Shown here: in pieces, positions 37,501-49,500 of the stretch
Layout: each line of letters begins with the position of its first letter
How positions within the stretch are numbered: the stretch's first letter is position 1
Assembly: GCA_028534125.1 (NCBI GenBank)
Contig: CM052828.1
Location: 60,884,001 to 60,948,000, forward strand
Length of the DNA: 64,000 nucleotides
Reading direction: 5' to 3'
Origin: Lama glama
Taxonomy: Eukaryota
Notes under the pieces: model-generated
The model's database searches: none
What the model was told of the DNA's origin: nothing
The model's input: only the letters and a program-made list of their open reading frames with translations
Translations under genes and position numbers: made by a program

Positions 37501-40500
37501 TGGGGCAGGACCATGGGGTTTGCCTGTAAGGTCGAAGCCCTCTGTGCGCAGAAAAGGTGCAAAATGAAGTATCTGTGGCACCCAGGATTCTAGGTCATCT
37601 AGCAAATACCCTAAATGTGGCAGAGCAGTGCTGGTTCTGACTGTGTGCTGCTTGCTGGCGGGCTAAGCACGGACGCAGTGCGAGCACCAGGAGGGCTTCC
37701 CGGCCAAGGTGACGCAATGAGAGTCAGAGTCAGAGGGGATGAAGGAGCTGTCCGGCAGGAGGGGTGCTGACCCGCCCCTCAGTGCACACGGGGAAAGTTC
37801 AGGGGGAAGTGGAAGGCCAGTGGGCACGGCTCCTCCGAGGGCCTGGGGAGCACGGGCCCCCAAGGCGGGGCAGGTCATAGCACCGCCCTTGCCGAGGGAA
37901 GTGCACAGCCTGGCTACTTGGAGACCAGCTCCCACTGCGGGAGGGCTGAGCCTCAGCGCCCTGGGAGGCCAGGTTTAGGGCAGCTCCCGGCCTGGCTGTT
38001 TGCGCGGTGGCTTTGCATACACTCACCTGTGCTGCAGGTGGAGCCCCAGCTTCAAGGGTCGAGGCCGCCTACACCAGGGTGGATGCCTGGGGCTCCGTCT
38101 CCAGGCTGGTGGGTGGTGCAGGTCCACACAGAGTGCCCCAGGAGGGCAGGCGGCATGGGCTTCCCAGCGTGGAGAGCACTCTGTTTAATGGCCCTTCAGC
38201 CAGAGAGCATGCCCTCGCTGCTGCGTTCCTTCAGTGTCTTTTCCGCAACGGTGCTTATGGAAGTCTCCACCTGTTCGCCCAGGGTGGTCTCGGCACCCCT
38301 GCTCTGCGCGCCCACCCACACCTGCGCGGGGGCCCCGGGTGGGAGACCTCTCTGGTTCAGACTCCAGGGTTGTCATCTGTCGGCACTGAGACACGGGGTT
38401 TCAACTTCATATTCATTACACAAACCTGTGTTTGTTCTCTGGTTACTATCAAACACTGTGGGTCAGGCTTTGGCTGCTCCGTTTGAAGTAAAACATACAG
38501 CCAGGCTGGTTAAAGGTGGCTTTGAGCAGAACTTAAGGAAGTTAGTGCCCTTGGGGATGGTTTTCAAACTGTGTTCCCCAGATCACCAGGGTTCCCCAGA
38601 GCACTCGCTCCCTTGGCTGTTTTGTAGAAGCGTGTGGTGACTTTCCATTTTGTAAGTCTCAAATATTCATTCAGAAACCAGCTTGTGCCTCTTTTTCTGT
38701 CTCCAGATGACGTTTCAGTGGTCATCACGGTCAGTTCCTCAGCCAGCCAAGGTCAGCCCAGAAAATAAGCAGTGTTGCTTTGAAATTGCGTAGAAAACAG
38801 TTACAATCATCGTCTGATTGCTTGATCATTAAGTTGCAAAGCAACGCCATTGTATAGCCTTCATCCCACATCTTCCATCCAGCTACCTCTGTTTGTAAAA
38901 TTAAGTTTTATTTTGGAGCTTCTTCCAGGTTTTAGTGTTGATGGCTGACTCCAGCCAGGAGCGAATTTGACCTGCGGCGTCACGTGGGTCACGGAAGCCA
39001 TCTCTCAGCTGGGATCTTACAGTTACTCTGTAACGTAAAGACCCAAACAGAGGGGGCGGGAGAGAGCATCTTCTCCAGGGCGAGGTCCCCCAGGGACGGG
39101 TGGGCGAGCCCCCCACCACGTGTTTTCCTGCCGCCTGCTTTGAGTCGATCTCAGTGAAGTCGCAGGAGAGGACAAGTGTCACCTTCTCAGTTCAGACCAG
39201 TCCTTACTGCCGTGAGGTGTGAATCAGGGCGACAACACTGCACTGAGAGTTAGGCAAGTGTGGCTCGGTGTCGCCTGCAGGAGACCCTGAAGGAGGTTTT
39301 CCTGAAATAGCGGCGGCCAGTCTCAGGCCTGGTGGTGGTGGACTGCACGGCCTTCTTGCTCACAGGAACCTGGAGCCCACCCTCTCGGGCACCTGCCTTC
39401 CCCCTCCTCTTCTCTGTCCACAGCACTCGTGGTTCACTCGTGGTTCACTCGTGGGATGAAGACCCCACAGAGGGGACTGAGGTCGGGATAGGGGCAAGGA
39501 CCCGCACAGGCCCTGGTGAGAGTGGCTCGAGCTCAGAACGGGCGGCCCCAGCATGAGGGCAGGAGGGAGACGCCGCAGGGGGAGTGGTGGGAACAGGCCA
39601 CGAGGCCCAGCCTGAAGACGCACATCCCATTTGGAGACAGCAACCGCCCCGAGACAGTGGGAGGGCGAGGCCCGGGGCTGTGCGGCCGTGGCCACACCAT
39701 GCCTGGCTCCAGGGTGGAAGGCGAGAGTCCTCAGAAGGAGGACCTGCCGTGACCAGACTTGGAAGGCCTCCCTGACCCATGGACGTGCCAGGCCGGTGGC
39801 TGGGTGTGGGAGCCGCGTCAGGGTGGCGCTGGGATCAAGGGCCTCCACCGGCTGGGTCTGGGCTCCGGGTGTGCTTGCAGCGTTGGTGGGGGGCGTCTCT
39901 GGGAGTTCCGAGCAAGAGGCTGCCGCAACCTGGCTGACGTCCCCAGGGGGTTACGGCACTTCCGTGGAGAACGGACTCGGCAGGAGAGGAGGGGGTTCTG
40001 GATGGACTCCAGAGGGAGGGCAGACCCGGCCTGGGGCCGGCCGGGTAGGAGGGGAGAGCCCAGGCCCTGGATGCGGGCTCCTGTGTGTGCCGCCTGCCCC
40101 GCGGGGGGCCGGCCAGTGCTGGCCGACGGGCCGCGTCCAGACCCGGCCCAGCTCCTGCGGCCTCTGTCTCTGTGTTTCTGCCCGCGCGACGGACTGGCTC
40201 TCAGCTGAGGCCGCATCCAGCCCCAGACCCGGGGTCGCCATGCACCTGGCCCAGCCTCTCCCTGGCTGGCTCCTGAGCCCTCAGGCACGTGCGGTGAGGA
40301 AGGCACCCTGTTCCCACTGACAGACGGGGAGGCCGCGGCACAGAGCTTCCCTGGTCCTGGCTGCGGGAGACGCCGCGGGGGGGCGGCGGGCACAGGCTGC
40401 AGAAGCAGAGCTCTGTGAGCACGCGGATCTGCCCACATAACCGCGTCTCGGGGGCTGTGGGGCGGGCGAGCTGTGTTCCCTGTGTTCTGGGCAGCACGTG

Positions 40501-43500
40501 TGTGCACACGTGGCCGTGTTTCCATCTGACAAGTGTCTTAGCTTCCTGGGCTGCCCAAGCAAACACCGAAGGCCGGTAGGCTGCTCTCTCACAGCCAGGG
40601 TCAGGGTCCGAGATCCAGGTGTGGCAGGCGGGCGCTCCGAGGTCCTGCGGGAGGGTCTGTCTCGTGCTGTCCCAGTGTCAGCGGCTCCTGGAGACCCCTG
40701 GCGTGCTGCGGTGTTACCTGGGTCGGCCTCCGTCCTCACACGGCACCCCGTGTGCTTCTGTGTCCACACGTCCCCTTGTATCCATAAGGATGCAGTCACC
40801 TCGTCTTAGCTCGGTCACCCCTGTGAAGACCCTGAAGACATTCCAAGGCCCTGGGGTTTGCTTCAGCGTAAGAATTTGGGGAGACGCCGTTCCACCGTAA
40901 CAGCTTTTGACTTTTAAGTTGAAAAGCAGCGTAACACAGTTGTACCAGAGTGTGACTTTTCCCCTTTTCCTCAGGGCGTGGCGATGCTCTGACAGAGTCC
41001 ACGGTCTCTCTCCGCTTTGACCTTAGTGTGACGTTGGCATGTAGGAACGTCAGACCAGGGGGCTGAGTGCTCCCCGTGGGGCGCGTGGTCGGCTGTGGGG
41101 GTGGGGACCCGGGCCCGCGGCCACGCTGCCCATGGACGGAGCCGCAGCCCCTGCTTTCCCGCAGGCGTCCTTCCCGGCTAACCTGCAGCTCGTCCTTGTC
41201 CTGCGCCCAACGGGATTTTTCCAGAGGACACTCTCTGACCTCGCCTTCAGGTTCAACAGAGATGACTTTAAGATGAAGGTACCGGTAAGTGCCCTCTGCC
41301 CACCTCCTGTGAGGAGTGGCCTGGCTTTCCCCGGGGATGGGGGCGCCAGGCTCATGGGTGTGAGTGACCCCCAGACCGCAGAGGGGCCCCTGCCTCACCT
41401 CCCTACTCCGGCCAGCACGGGGCACCCCGGCATCTGCCAATCTTCCTGTAAAAGGCAGAGCCTGCATAGAGTCCCTTAAGAACTGTGTCCCCACGAAGCC
41501 TGTGTCCCGGGGAGGGCAACCTGCATCACGCCAGGTCTCAGCAGTGAGGAGGGGGCTCCCCGGCAATGCGGTCATTGAACAGAGGACAGGGACACAGGGG
41601 CCCACACCCAGCGCCTTGAAACCTCTCCAGCAAGACCACCGGACTCCTCCTGGGAGTATGAGCATCCCGGGGGTGGGTCGCCATCCGCGAGGTTGTCCCT
41701 TGTTCTCGGGGCACAGATGGAGGCGCTCTGCCCGGCTGGGGGCCAGGTGTGCAGGCCCTGCTCAGCAGCCCTAACCCTTGGGCTCCAGGTTTGGCAGGGG
41801 ATGGGTGCCCCTACCATTTGTGTAGCATCAAACAGCCTTGGTTTCTGACAGTCCCTCTCCTGGGTGATGTCCTAGGGGTGGAGGATGCCGGCTGGAGGCT
41901 GGTGGTCCGACCCTGAGACCGCGGACGCTGTGGGGGGTCTGTGCTCCCTGGTGGGACATCCCCCCGCCCTCCCTGCGTGGAGCCACCTCCTGGCAGCACT
42001 GTTTCCGGGCCCCTGTCAGATAGGGACATTGGTCCACATTTGGCAAGAGACCCTGGCTAACCAATGGACCTTCGTCAGAAGAAACAAGAAAACTGGGCTG
42101 GGGTCTCTGTCCTCAGTGTGCGGTCAGCCTGTACTCGGCACCAGGGCCGAAGCCGCGAGTCCTCAAACATAGCAGCACAGAATTCAGCGCTGGCCCCTTG
42201 GTGCACTGGCCGGTTCTAGATAACCCCTCATAGTCACAGAGGGCATCGTCTCAGAGAGGCTGGCGCCGTGTGCCGACCTCGGTGCTGAGCGGAAGATGTC
42301 AGGAGAAACGGCGGGTCTGGGCCTTTTCTGTCATGGTTCAGGAGACACGGAGCAGCGGGACCCATGCAGGAAGTACCCCAGAGCCCCGGGTTGGGGACCA
42401 GCCCACCTCTGGTCCTGCCGGCCGTGGGGCAGGGCGAGCCGGGTGAACAACCTCCCTGGACGGCATGGAGAGAACAGCCGTCTCTGCCGAGAACTGGCAT
42501 CCAGCCTCGGCGCCGGCCGCACAGCAGGGGCCCCTGCACGGCTTGGGCTGGTGCCCTCCGCGGGGGGCTGGCCTGTGCTGGGGGGACCTTGCAGCACCGC
42601 CTCTCCTCCAGCCGCCCCCACGCGGTGACAGTCAGGGTTGACTCCCCTCCGATGTCCCCTGGGCCCCCAGCCAGCACAGTGTTTAATAAAACACAAGGTG
42701 GTGTCGAGTAGCCCAGGGCTGTGCCTCCAGGACCTCCGTGGCGGCGCCTGACAGCTTGCAAAGCAAAGGCTGTGCTTTATCCGAGGCTTGTGGATAGAAT
42801 GACCTCACCAGGGCAAAAGCAAGATAGGAAACAACCCTTGTTCCTGGGCACCTGTTCTCCACAAGGCCTGCTGTGCCACGGTGGGTCCTCCACTGCCTCC
42901 GCCTCCAAGCAGCCTCCCAGGTGTCAGCGGGAACACGGACAGCCCGGTGGCTTTGGTGTCTGCACGGTCCACTGCCCGCGGGCCCCTGGCCCATCAGATG
43001 CTTGGTGTCGGCGGCCCAGGGTTTGCTTGCCCCAGATGCTGTCGTCTGGTGAGACCAGTCCTCACACGCCCGTCCACGGACAGGAAGGCACGGGGGCTCT
43101 TGGCCCGTCTGACACTGTGGAGCTGGGCAGCGCCGTCTGCCCCTCATCCGCGTCTGTGCGGCAGTCTGCTTATGGGCGGCTTTGCTCTCCCTCAGGTCAT
43201 AATGCTGAGCTCAGTACCTGAATTACACGGTTACATCGACAAGTCCCAGCTGACGGAGGACTTGGGCGGGACGCTGGATTACTGCCACTCCAGATGGCTG
43301 TGTCACCGCACAGTGAGTCCCCCGGTTCTCAGTAACCCTGATCAACCCGACAGAGTTGCTTTTGCCTTAGGACGCTGCCTGTTCCCACGAACCCGTGTTT
43401 TCTCCCCAAGAACGAGCAGATGGTCTCAGTGGACCTAAGTCATCTGAAGGAATCACATGAGTCATGAGTCGGGAGTCGCTTTCTCTGGGCTCAGAGACAG

Positions 43501-46500
43501 ATGAAAGCGAAGCCCAGCGGGGTTCACGGCACTCACGCCTCTCAGGAGGCCAGAGAGCCCTGGCGGTGGGAACCTCTGTCTGTGAAGGAGCCGTGAGGCT
43601 GCGACGCGGGGGCCGGGCCCGCTGCTGTGGACCGGCCGCTTGGGCCCATGCTCCTGAGGGCGGTGGGGCTGCAGAGGGCGCGGTGCTCACGCGGCTTTGT
43701 GACGGTGCCCTCCTCCCCCCGAGGCCATTGAGAGCTTCGCCCTCACAGTTAAGCAGACGGCACAGACGCTGCAGGTGTTTGGGACTGAGCTGGCTGAGAC
43801 GGAGCTGCCCAACGACGTCCAGTCCACGAGCTCCGTGCTCTTCGCTCACACAGAAAAGAGGGACCGAGCGAAGGTGCGCATGGCCCCCAGGTCCTCGCCC
43901 GTGCGCGGGATGGTGGGGGCACAGAGCCGAGGGGCTCCCAGCATGAGTTCTGGGTCTCCTGAGTTGGGTGCCGTCTGCAGTGAGAGCTGACCCGCCTTCA
44001 AAGCAGCGCAGCGGGCGCTGCGAGCTCAGCCCTCCCCACATGGGTCCTGTGCGTCTGGATGAGCCCGCTCCCCGCTCTCCTGCTGCAGGTCTCTCCTCTC
44101 GGTGTTTCTACTGCGGATCTGGGCAGAGGAGACAGGATGTCCCTCCCTGCCCTCCCCCACCCTGTGTCCCCAGGGACCAGTAGGCGGGGACGGCTGAGCG
44201 TCACTGCCCACATCTCCCCTTCCGATGAACGTGTCCCTGGGGTGTGCTCCCGAGTCTGGCCCGGCCTGCGTGCTTTGGGCTCTGAGTCAATGGAGGCCAC
44301 AACCCTGGGGGCTGCCCCCGCCCCACCAGGAGAGCTTCAAGCTCCCTTTTGACCCTGGCAGCGGGATGGGCCACCAGAGCAGGCACGTGGAGGTCTGGTT
44401 TCCAGTCACTGTCTCCTGTCCCACTGCCCGGGAGACCAGTAACCCTAGCTCTGCCCCACTGCAGTGGGAGGAGCGCCTTCCTGCGCCAGCCTCCTCCCCA
44501 GCGCTCAGGCAGCATCAGCAGAGCGTCTGGGAAGATGTGCTGAGGCCGGCCGTGTGCCCACTTACCGCAGCCCTCGAGGGGTGTGCCCCACAGAGCCCGC
44601 GCTGTCTCTGACCTGGACAGAGTCCTGGGGCCCCGGGGCCTGGGTCCCAGGTGCCGTGCTCTTCCTGCAGGAGGACATGAGGCTGGCACTGGACGAGGGG
44701 CAGAGCGTCCTGGAGAGCCTCAGGGAGCCTCTGGCCAAGAGCCCAGAGCAGAGCCTGAACCAGGACCAGCTGGACAGTCAGACCACCGTGCAGAGGTGGG
44801 TGCCTGGGGCCTGGGAGCATGTGGCGCTGTGGCCGGAGTGACCGTGGGCCGTGTCCGCGGCACGAGTGGGGCCACTCTGCTTCCGTCCCCCCGTGAACTG
44901 AAGTTGTCGATAATGAGCCCAAATCCTTACCACCTCAGCCTTTTAACGTATTGACAAACTCGCTGAGCAGGCGGCTCTGAGAGACTGAGTGTGCCCCCGT
45001 GTGGCGAGGGCAGGGGCCCCGGGGGGGACAGACCACCATCACTCCAGCCCTCGGACACACCCCCTCCCACCTGGAGGGAAGGCTCGGTGCAGAGTGCACG
45101 GTGGGTGCGGGCAGGGGTGGTTCTCCACGGCCCCTGCGGCCGCTCCCTCCCGTGGCCCAGCCACCTGTCCTCTCTCCCAGGCTCCTGGCCCAGCTGAATG
45201 AAACCGAGGCCGCCTTTGATGAGTTTTGGGCAAAACATCAGCAGAAACTCGAGCAGTGTCTGCAGCTCCGGCATTTTGAGCAGGATTTCCGGGAGGTGAG
45301 TGGCCCAGAGCTGGGGGAGCCTGCAGGTGGGCCCCTGAGGGGTCCCGGGAAGACCTCGGGGCTGGGTACCCAGGTGGCTGCGCTCAGTGAGCCCCGCGGA
45401 GCTGCAGGGCGGGTGGAAATGTGTGACTGGCGAGCGCCCCGCTACAGACGAAGGCTGCGTTCCCACGTTGTCAGGCGCGCCCCTGGCCTGGTCTGTGAAC
45501 TGGTCAGGAGGCGCCGTGCTGCTCCTGTGGTCGTTTGCGCGTTCTCTTCTCCCACAAGGGGGCCTGGCGCGGGGCCTGGGCATAGACAGTGAGAGGTACG
45601 CCCACCTCGCGGGCAGCGCGACAGGACAGAGCAAACACCTCGTTAAACAGCCAGTTTGCGGCCGGTCACTCATTTGTTCACACGAAGACGTGCACTGAGA
45701 CCTCCCCGTGGTCGCGCCCTGGTGCAAGGGACCGCAGCACCTTTCCCCTCCTGAAACGTCTGGTCAAGACGGGGGAGCCAGGAACACCCAGGAGCAGAGA
45801 ACCCCCCACCCCTCCACCCGCCGGCCCCCCCCACCGGTGGTGACAGACTCTAGGCCGCGGAGCCACCCGGTGGGTGGGGCAGCGAGCAGCCCTGGGGGAC
45901 CACCCTCCAGCCTGTCCTCAGCGGAGAGGCCTGACTTCTTTGGGAAAACGTTCCCTGAGGATTGAAAGGCCGGGGCACGTGCTCCAGCTGGGACAGCAAG
46001 GTGACCGGTCCCATGGGCCCCGAGCAGAGCGGGAACCTGGCCGGTGTGAGCAGCTCGCCGCGGACCCGTGGAGGGTCGTTGGTCTCCGTTTCTGTGGGAC
46101 CGAGGAAGGCGCTCCAGACAGCCAGGCTCTTCACTTAGAGACAATCGTGGGCTCACGTGCAGTTACGAGGAGTGATCCAGAGACCACTGTCCCTTCACCC
46201 AGTTCCCCCAATGGCAGCATCTTCCCAAACTAGCTCAGTGTCACTGTGCGGGACCGACACCAACACAGCCAGCGCAGGACCCCCGTCCCCACCCTTTATA
46301 GACACCTGCCTCCCCCCACCCGACCCCGTCCGCGTCCTGAGCCCTGCCGACCACTAGTCCGCTCTCCATTCCCACAGCGTTGCTTCGAGAATGTTCTCTC
46401 AATGGAATCACACAGCACGTAACCTGGTGGGTTAGCTCGTCACTCGGCAGGCCTGCCGGGAGATGCAGCCAGGTAGTTACGTGGACCGTAGTTCGTCCTG

Positions 46501-49500
46501 GTTATTGCTGGGTAGTTACTGGTCCACGGCGTAGACAACCTTGTGGTTGCCCGCTCACCTGCTGAAGGTCGTCTGGGCTGTTTCCGCGTTTTTGCTGTTA
46601 CAGATGAAGCTGTCGTAAACCTGCGTCTCTGGGTTTTGTGTGAACGTATTCTCCTTTCTCTGAGCTAAGTGCCCAGGCAGGAGCCCCACTCCTGGGCTTA
46701 GCTCTTTAAGAAACGGCAGGCTGTTTCCAGGTGGCTGTACCGCTCCACGTCCCTGCCAGCGCAGTGATGCAGCTGCCCCGCGGCCTCACGGCGCTTGGTG
46801 TGGTTCACCCCTCACTGTGCGCACATTTCCGAGGGCTGCGTGTTGCCGCCTCCCCGTGGTTCGAGCCTGCGTCTTCCTGACGGTGTCGGCGTTGATGCCC
46901 CCGCGGCTTAGTCCTCATCACACATCCTTTCCCAGAACATCTCTGTTCCTGCCCCGGTTCTGACCCGGTGGCTTTGGTTTCGTTTTGGCATTTTGAGAGT
47001 TCTTCCTGTGCTGTACATACTGTCCTTTGTCAGATTTGTGGTTTGAGAACGTTTCCTTCTGGGCTGTCACCTTCTTTACCCTCCTCACGGGGTTTTTCAC
47101 AAAGCAGGGTTTTTAATCTTGATAAAGTCCAAGTGATCAGTTTTTCCTTTTCGGATCATACTCGTGGTGTCAATCCTAAATTCCAGATCCCAGATATATT
47201 CCCCTAAGGTTTTTTTTCTTAGACGTGTATAATCTTATACTCGTGCTCATGATCCATTTCAAGTTAATTTTTGTATGAAGTATGAGAATTTGGTCCATTT
47301 TGTTTTAATTTCTAGGTGTTGAGTTCCTCCAGCATCACTTGTTGAAAGACAGCCTTTCCTCCATCAGGGCTCCTTCCCCCTTTGGTCGAAAATCAGTTGG
47401 ACGCCCTGTCCGGGTCCGGGTCAGGGTCCGGGTCGGAATCCTGTCCATCTATACCCCACAGTCTCCATTCCTGCAGGTGTGGCCTCCCCTTCCCTCCCAC
47501 TCATTCTTCACGGTGGTTTTAGCCATTCTGGTTCCTTTGTCTGTCCATATAAATTTAAAATAATCTTGTCTGCGCCTTCGGGAGACCCTGCGGGGCGTTG
47601 TCAGGGATCGTGGGGAGCCGGTGCGCCCTCGGGGGAGAGTCGGCGCCGTGACTGTGCTGGTCTCCGCGCCTCGAGCGCACGCGGCTCCCCACGTGTCAGG
47701 GTTCCTTTCTCCAGCGTGTGTGGTTCTCACCAGTTCAGTACATTTTGTTTGACTTCTACACGTGTGTTTCCTTTTTTAAAGAATTGTGGGTGGTGTTGAA
47801 GCCTTAGTTTCGGCGTCCGCGTGTCTGTTGCCATACAACCGAGGCTCGCGCACTCGCCTTGTCTCCTGAAACTTTGCTGAACTCACTCAGTCTTGGAGTC
47901 ATTTTGTAAAGCTTTGGGGGTTCTCCATGGACACGATCTGGCCACGTACAGACAGGAACGGCGTGATTCCTTCCTTTTCAATCTGTGTTTCTTTTTGTTT
48001 ATGTTTTTAATCTTCCTGCCGTATTGCACCGGACAGCGCCTCCACCACTTGAATGCGGTGGTGAGACTGGGGAGGCGTCCCTCAGCAGCACCACACCTGT
48101 GAGGTCGGCAGCAGGCTCTCCTGGATGCTCTGTTGAAAGGAGGACATTTCCCTCTTGTTGCCCTCCTGAGAGGAGGTCCGGGTCCCCTCCGCCCTGCACC
48201 CCGTGTCCACAGCGTCTCCCTCCTCTCCTTCAGCTGTGGCTCTTCTGAGCTTCTGCTCTCTCGCCCCTGCTGTCTCAGGTCAAGGCCGCCTTGGACGCGT
48301 TGGCCCAGAAGATAGCCACCTTCACTGACGTGGGCAACAGCCTGGCACACGCGGAGCACCTCCTGAAGGACCTGGCCAGCTTCGAGGAGAAGTCCAGCGT
48401 AAGGGCCCGGCGTGGCGGGCTGCCTGGCAGCACTGCGCCCACTGTCTCCAGAAGCCCCGGGCCCTGAGCCACGTGGGCAGGTGGAGGGACGGCCACCTGG
48501 CCCCCCCACAGACCCCTGGCCCCCCCACTCCCCACCACGCCCACCCCCAGCAGGCAGCAGTGAGCGCCAGGTGAGCTGCGTGTCTGACACTGCCGCAGGT
48601 GGCCGTGGGGCGAGCCCGTGCCCTGTCCCTGGAGGGCGAGCAGCTCATCAGCCACAAGCATTATGCCGTGGACTCTATCCGCCCCAAGTGCCACGAGCTC
48701 GGGCACCTGTGCGACCAGTTTGCGGCAGACGTCGGGCGGAGGAGGGCGCTGCTGAGCCAGTCGCTGGAGCTGCACGGCCTCCTGGAGGCGGTAGGCCCCC
48801 CCCAGCCCCGCCCCACACCCCGGTCCCGTTGGGCCCCTCCCACCATGGCTGGACCTCAGGCACTGGTTGGAAGACGGCCCACGGCCTCCTGTGTGCCTTT
48901 CTTGAGGCCCAGACGGTCCTGTCGTGACATAAGTGGCCATTTCTGAAACTCACTGGCCACAGCTGACTGCGTCTATAAAAGGCCCGGAGACTGACCGTCC
49001 AGCCAGTTCACTGCTCTTTGCCCGCAGTGTGGATGGGCCCAGTCCTGGGCGGTTTGCTTGGTTTTGGGCCATGCGTCCCCCAGGGGAGCCCTCAGGACGT
49101 AGTGGCGGGACTTAGGCCACACGGCCACGCAGAGGGTCGCACGCAGCATCCGCGGGCCGTGCCCGAGGCGCCAGGGCAGCCCTCATGCGCCCTTCTTTCC
49201 CTCCAGTCCATGAGGTGGTGTGATGAGGGCATCTACCTGCTGGCCTCACAGCCAGTGGACAAGTGCCAGTCCCAGGACGGCGCCGAGGCGGCTCTCCAGG
49301 AGATCGAGAAGTTTCTGGAGACTGGAGCAGAAAACAAGATCCGGGAACTCAGTAGACTCTACCAGGACTATGAGCCCATCCTCACCCCGGAGCTAAGGGT
49401 AGGGAACCCGTCCTCACCCCCCACCTGAGGGTGGGGAGCCCAACCTGTCGCCTGCGCTCACCTGCCTGACCACAAGTTTCTCCGATGGTGTCCCAGAGTG

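Noticed and set aside
39424-39454. CACTCGTGGTT repeated about three times
   Set aside because: A short slippage repeat with no functional evidence.
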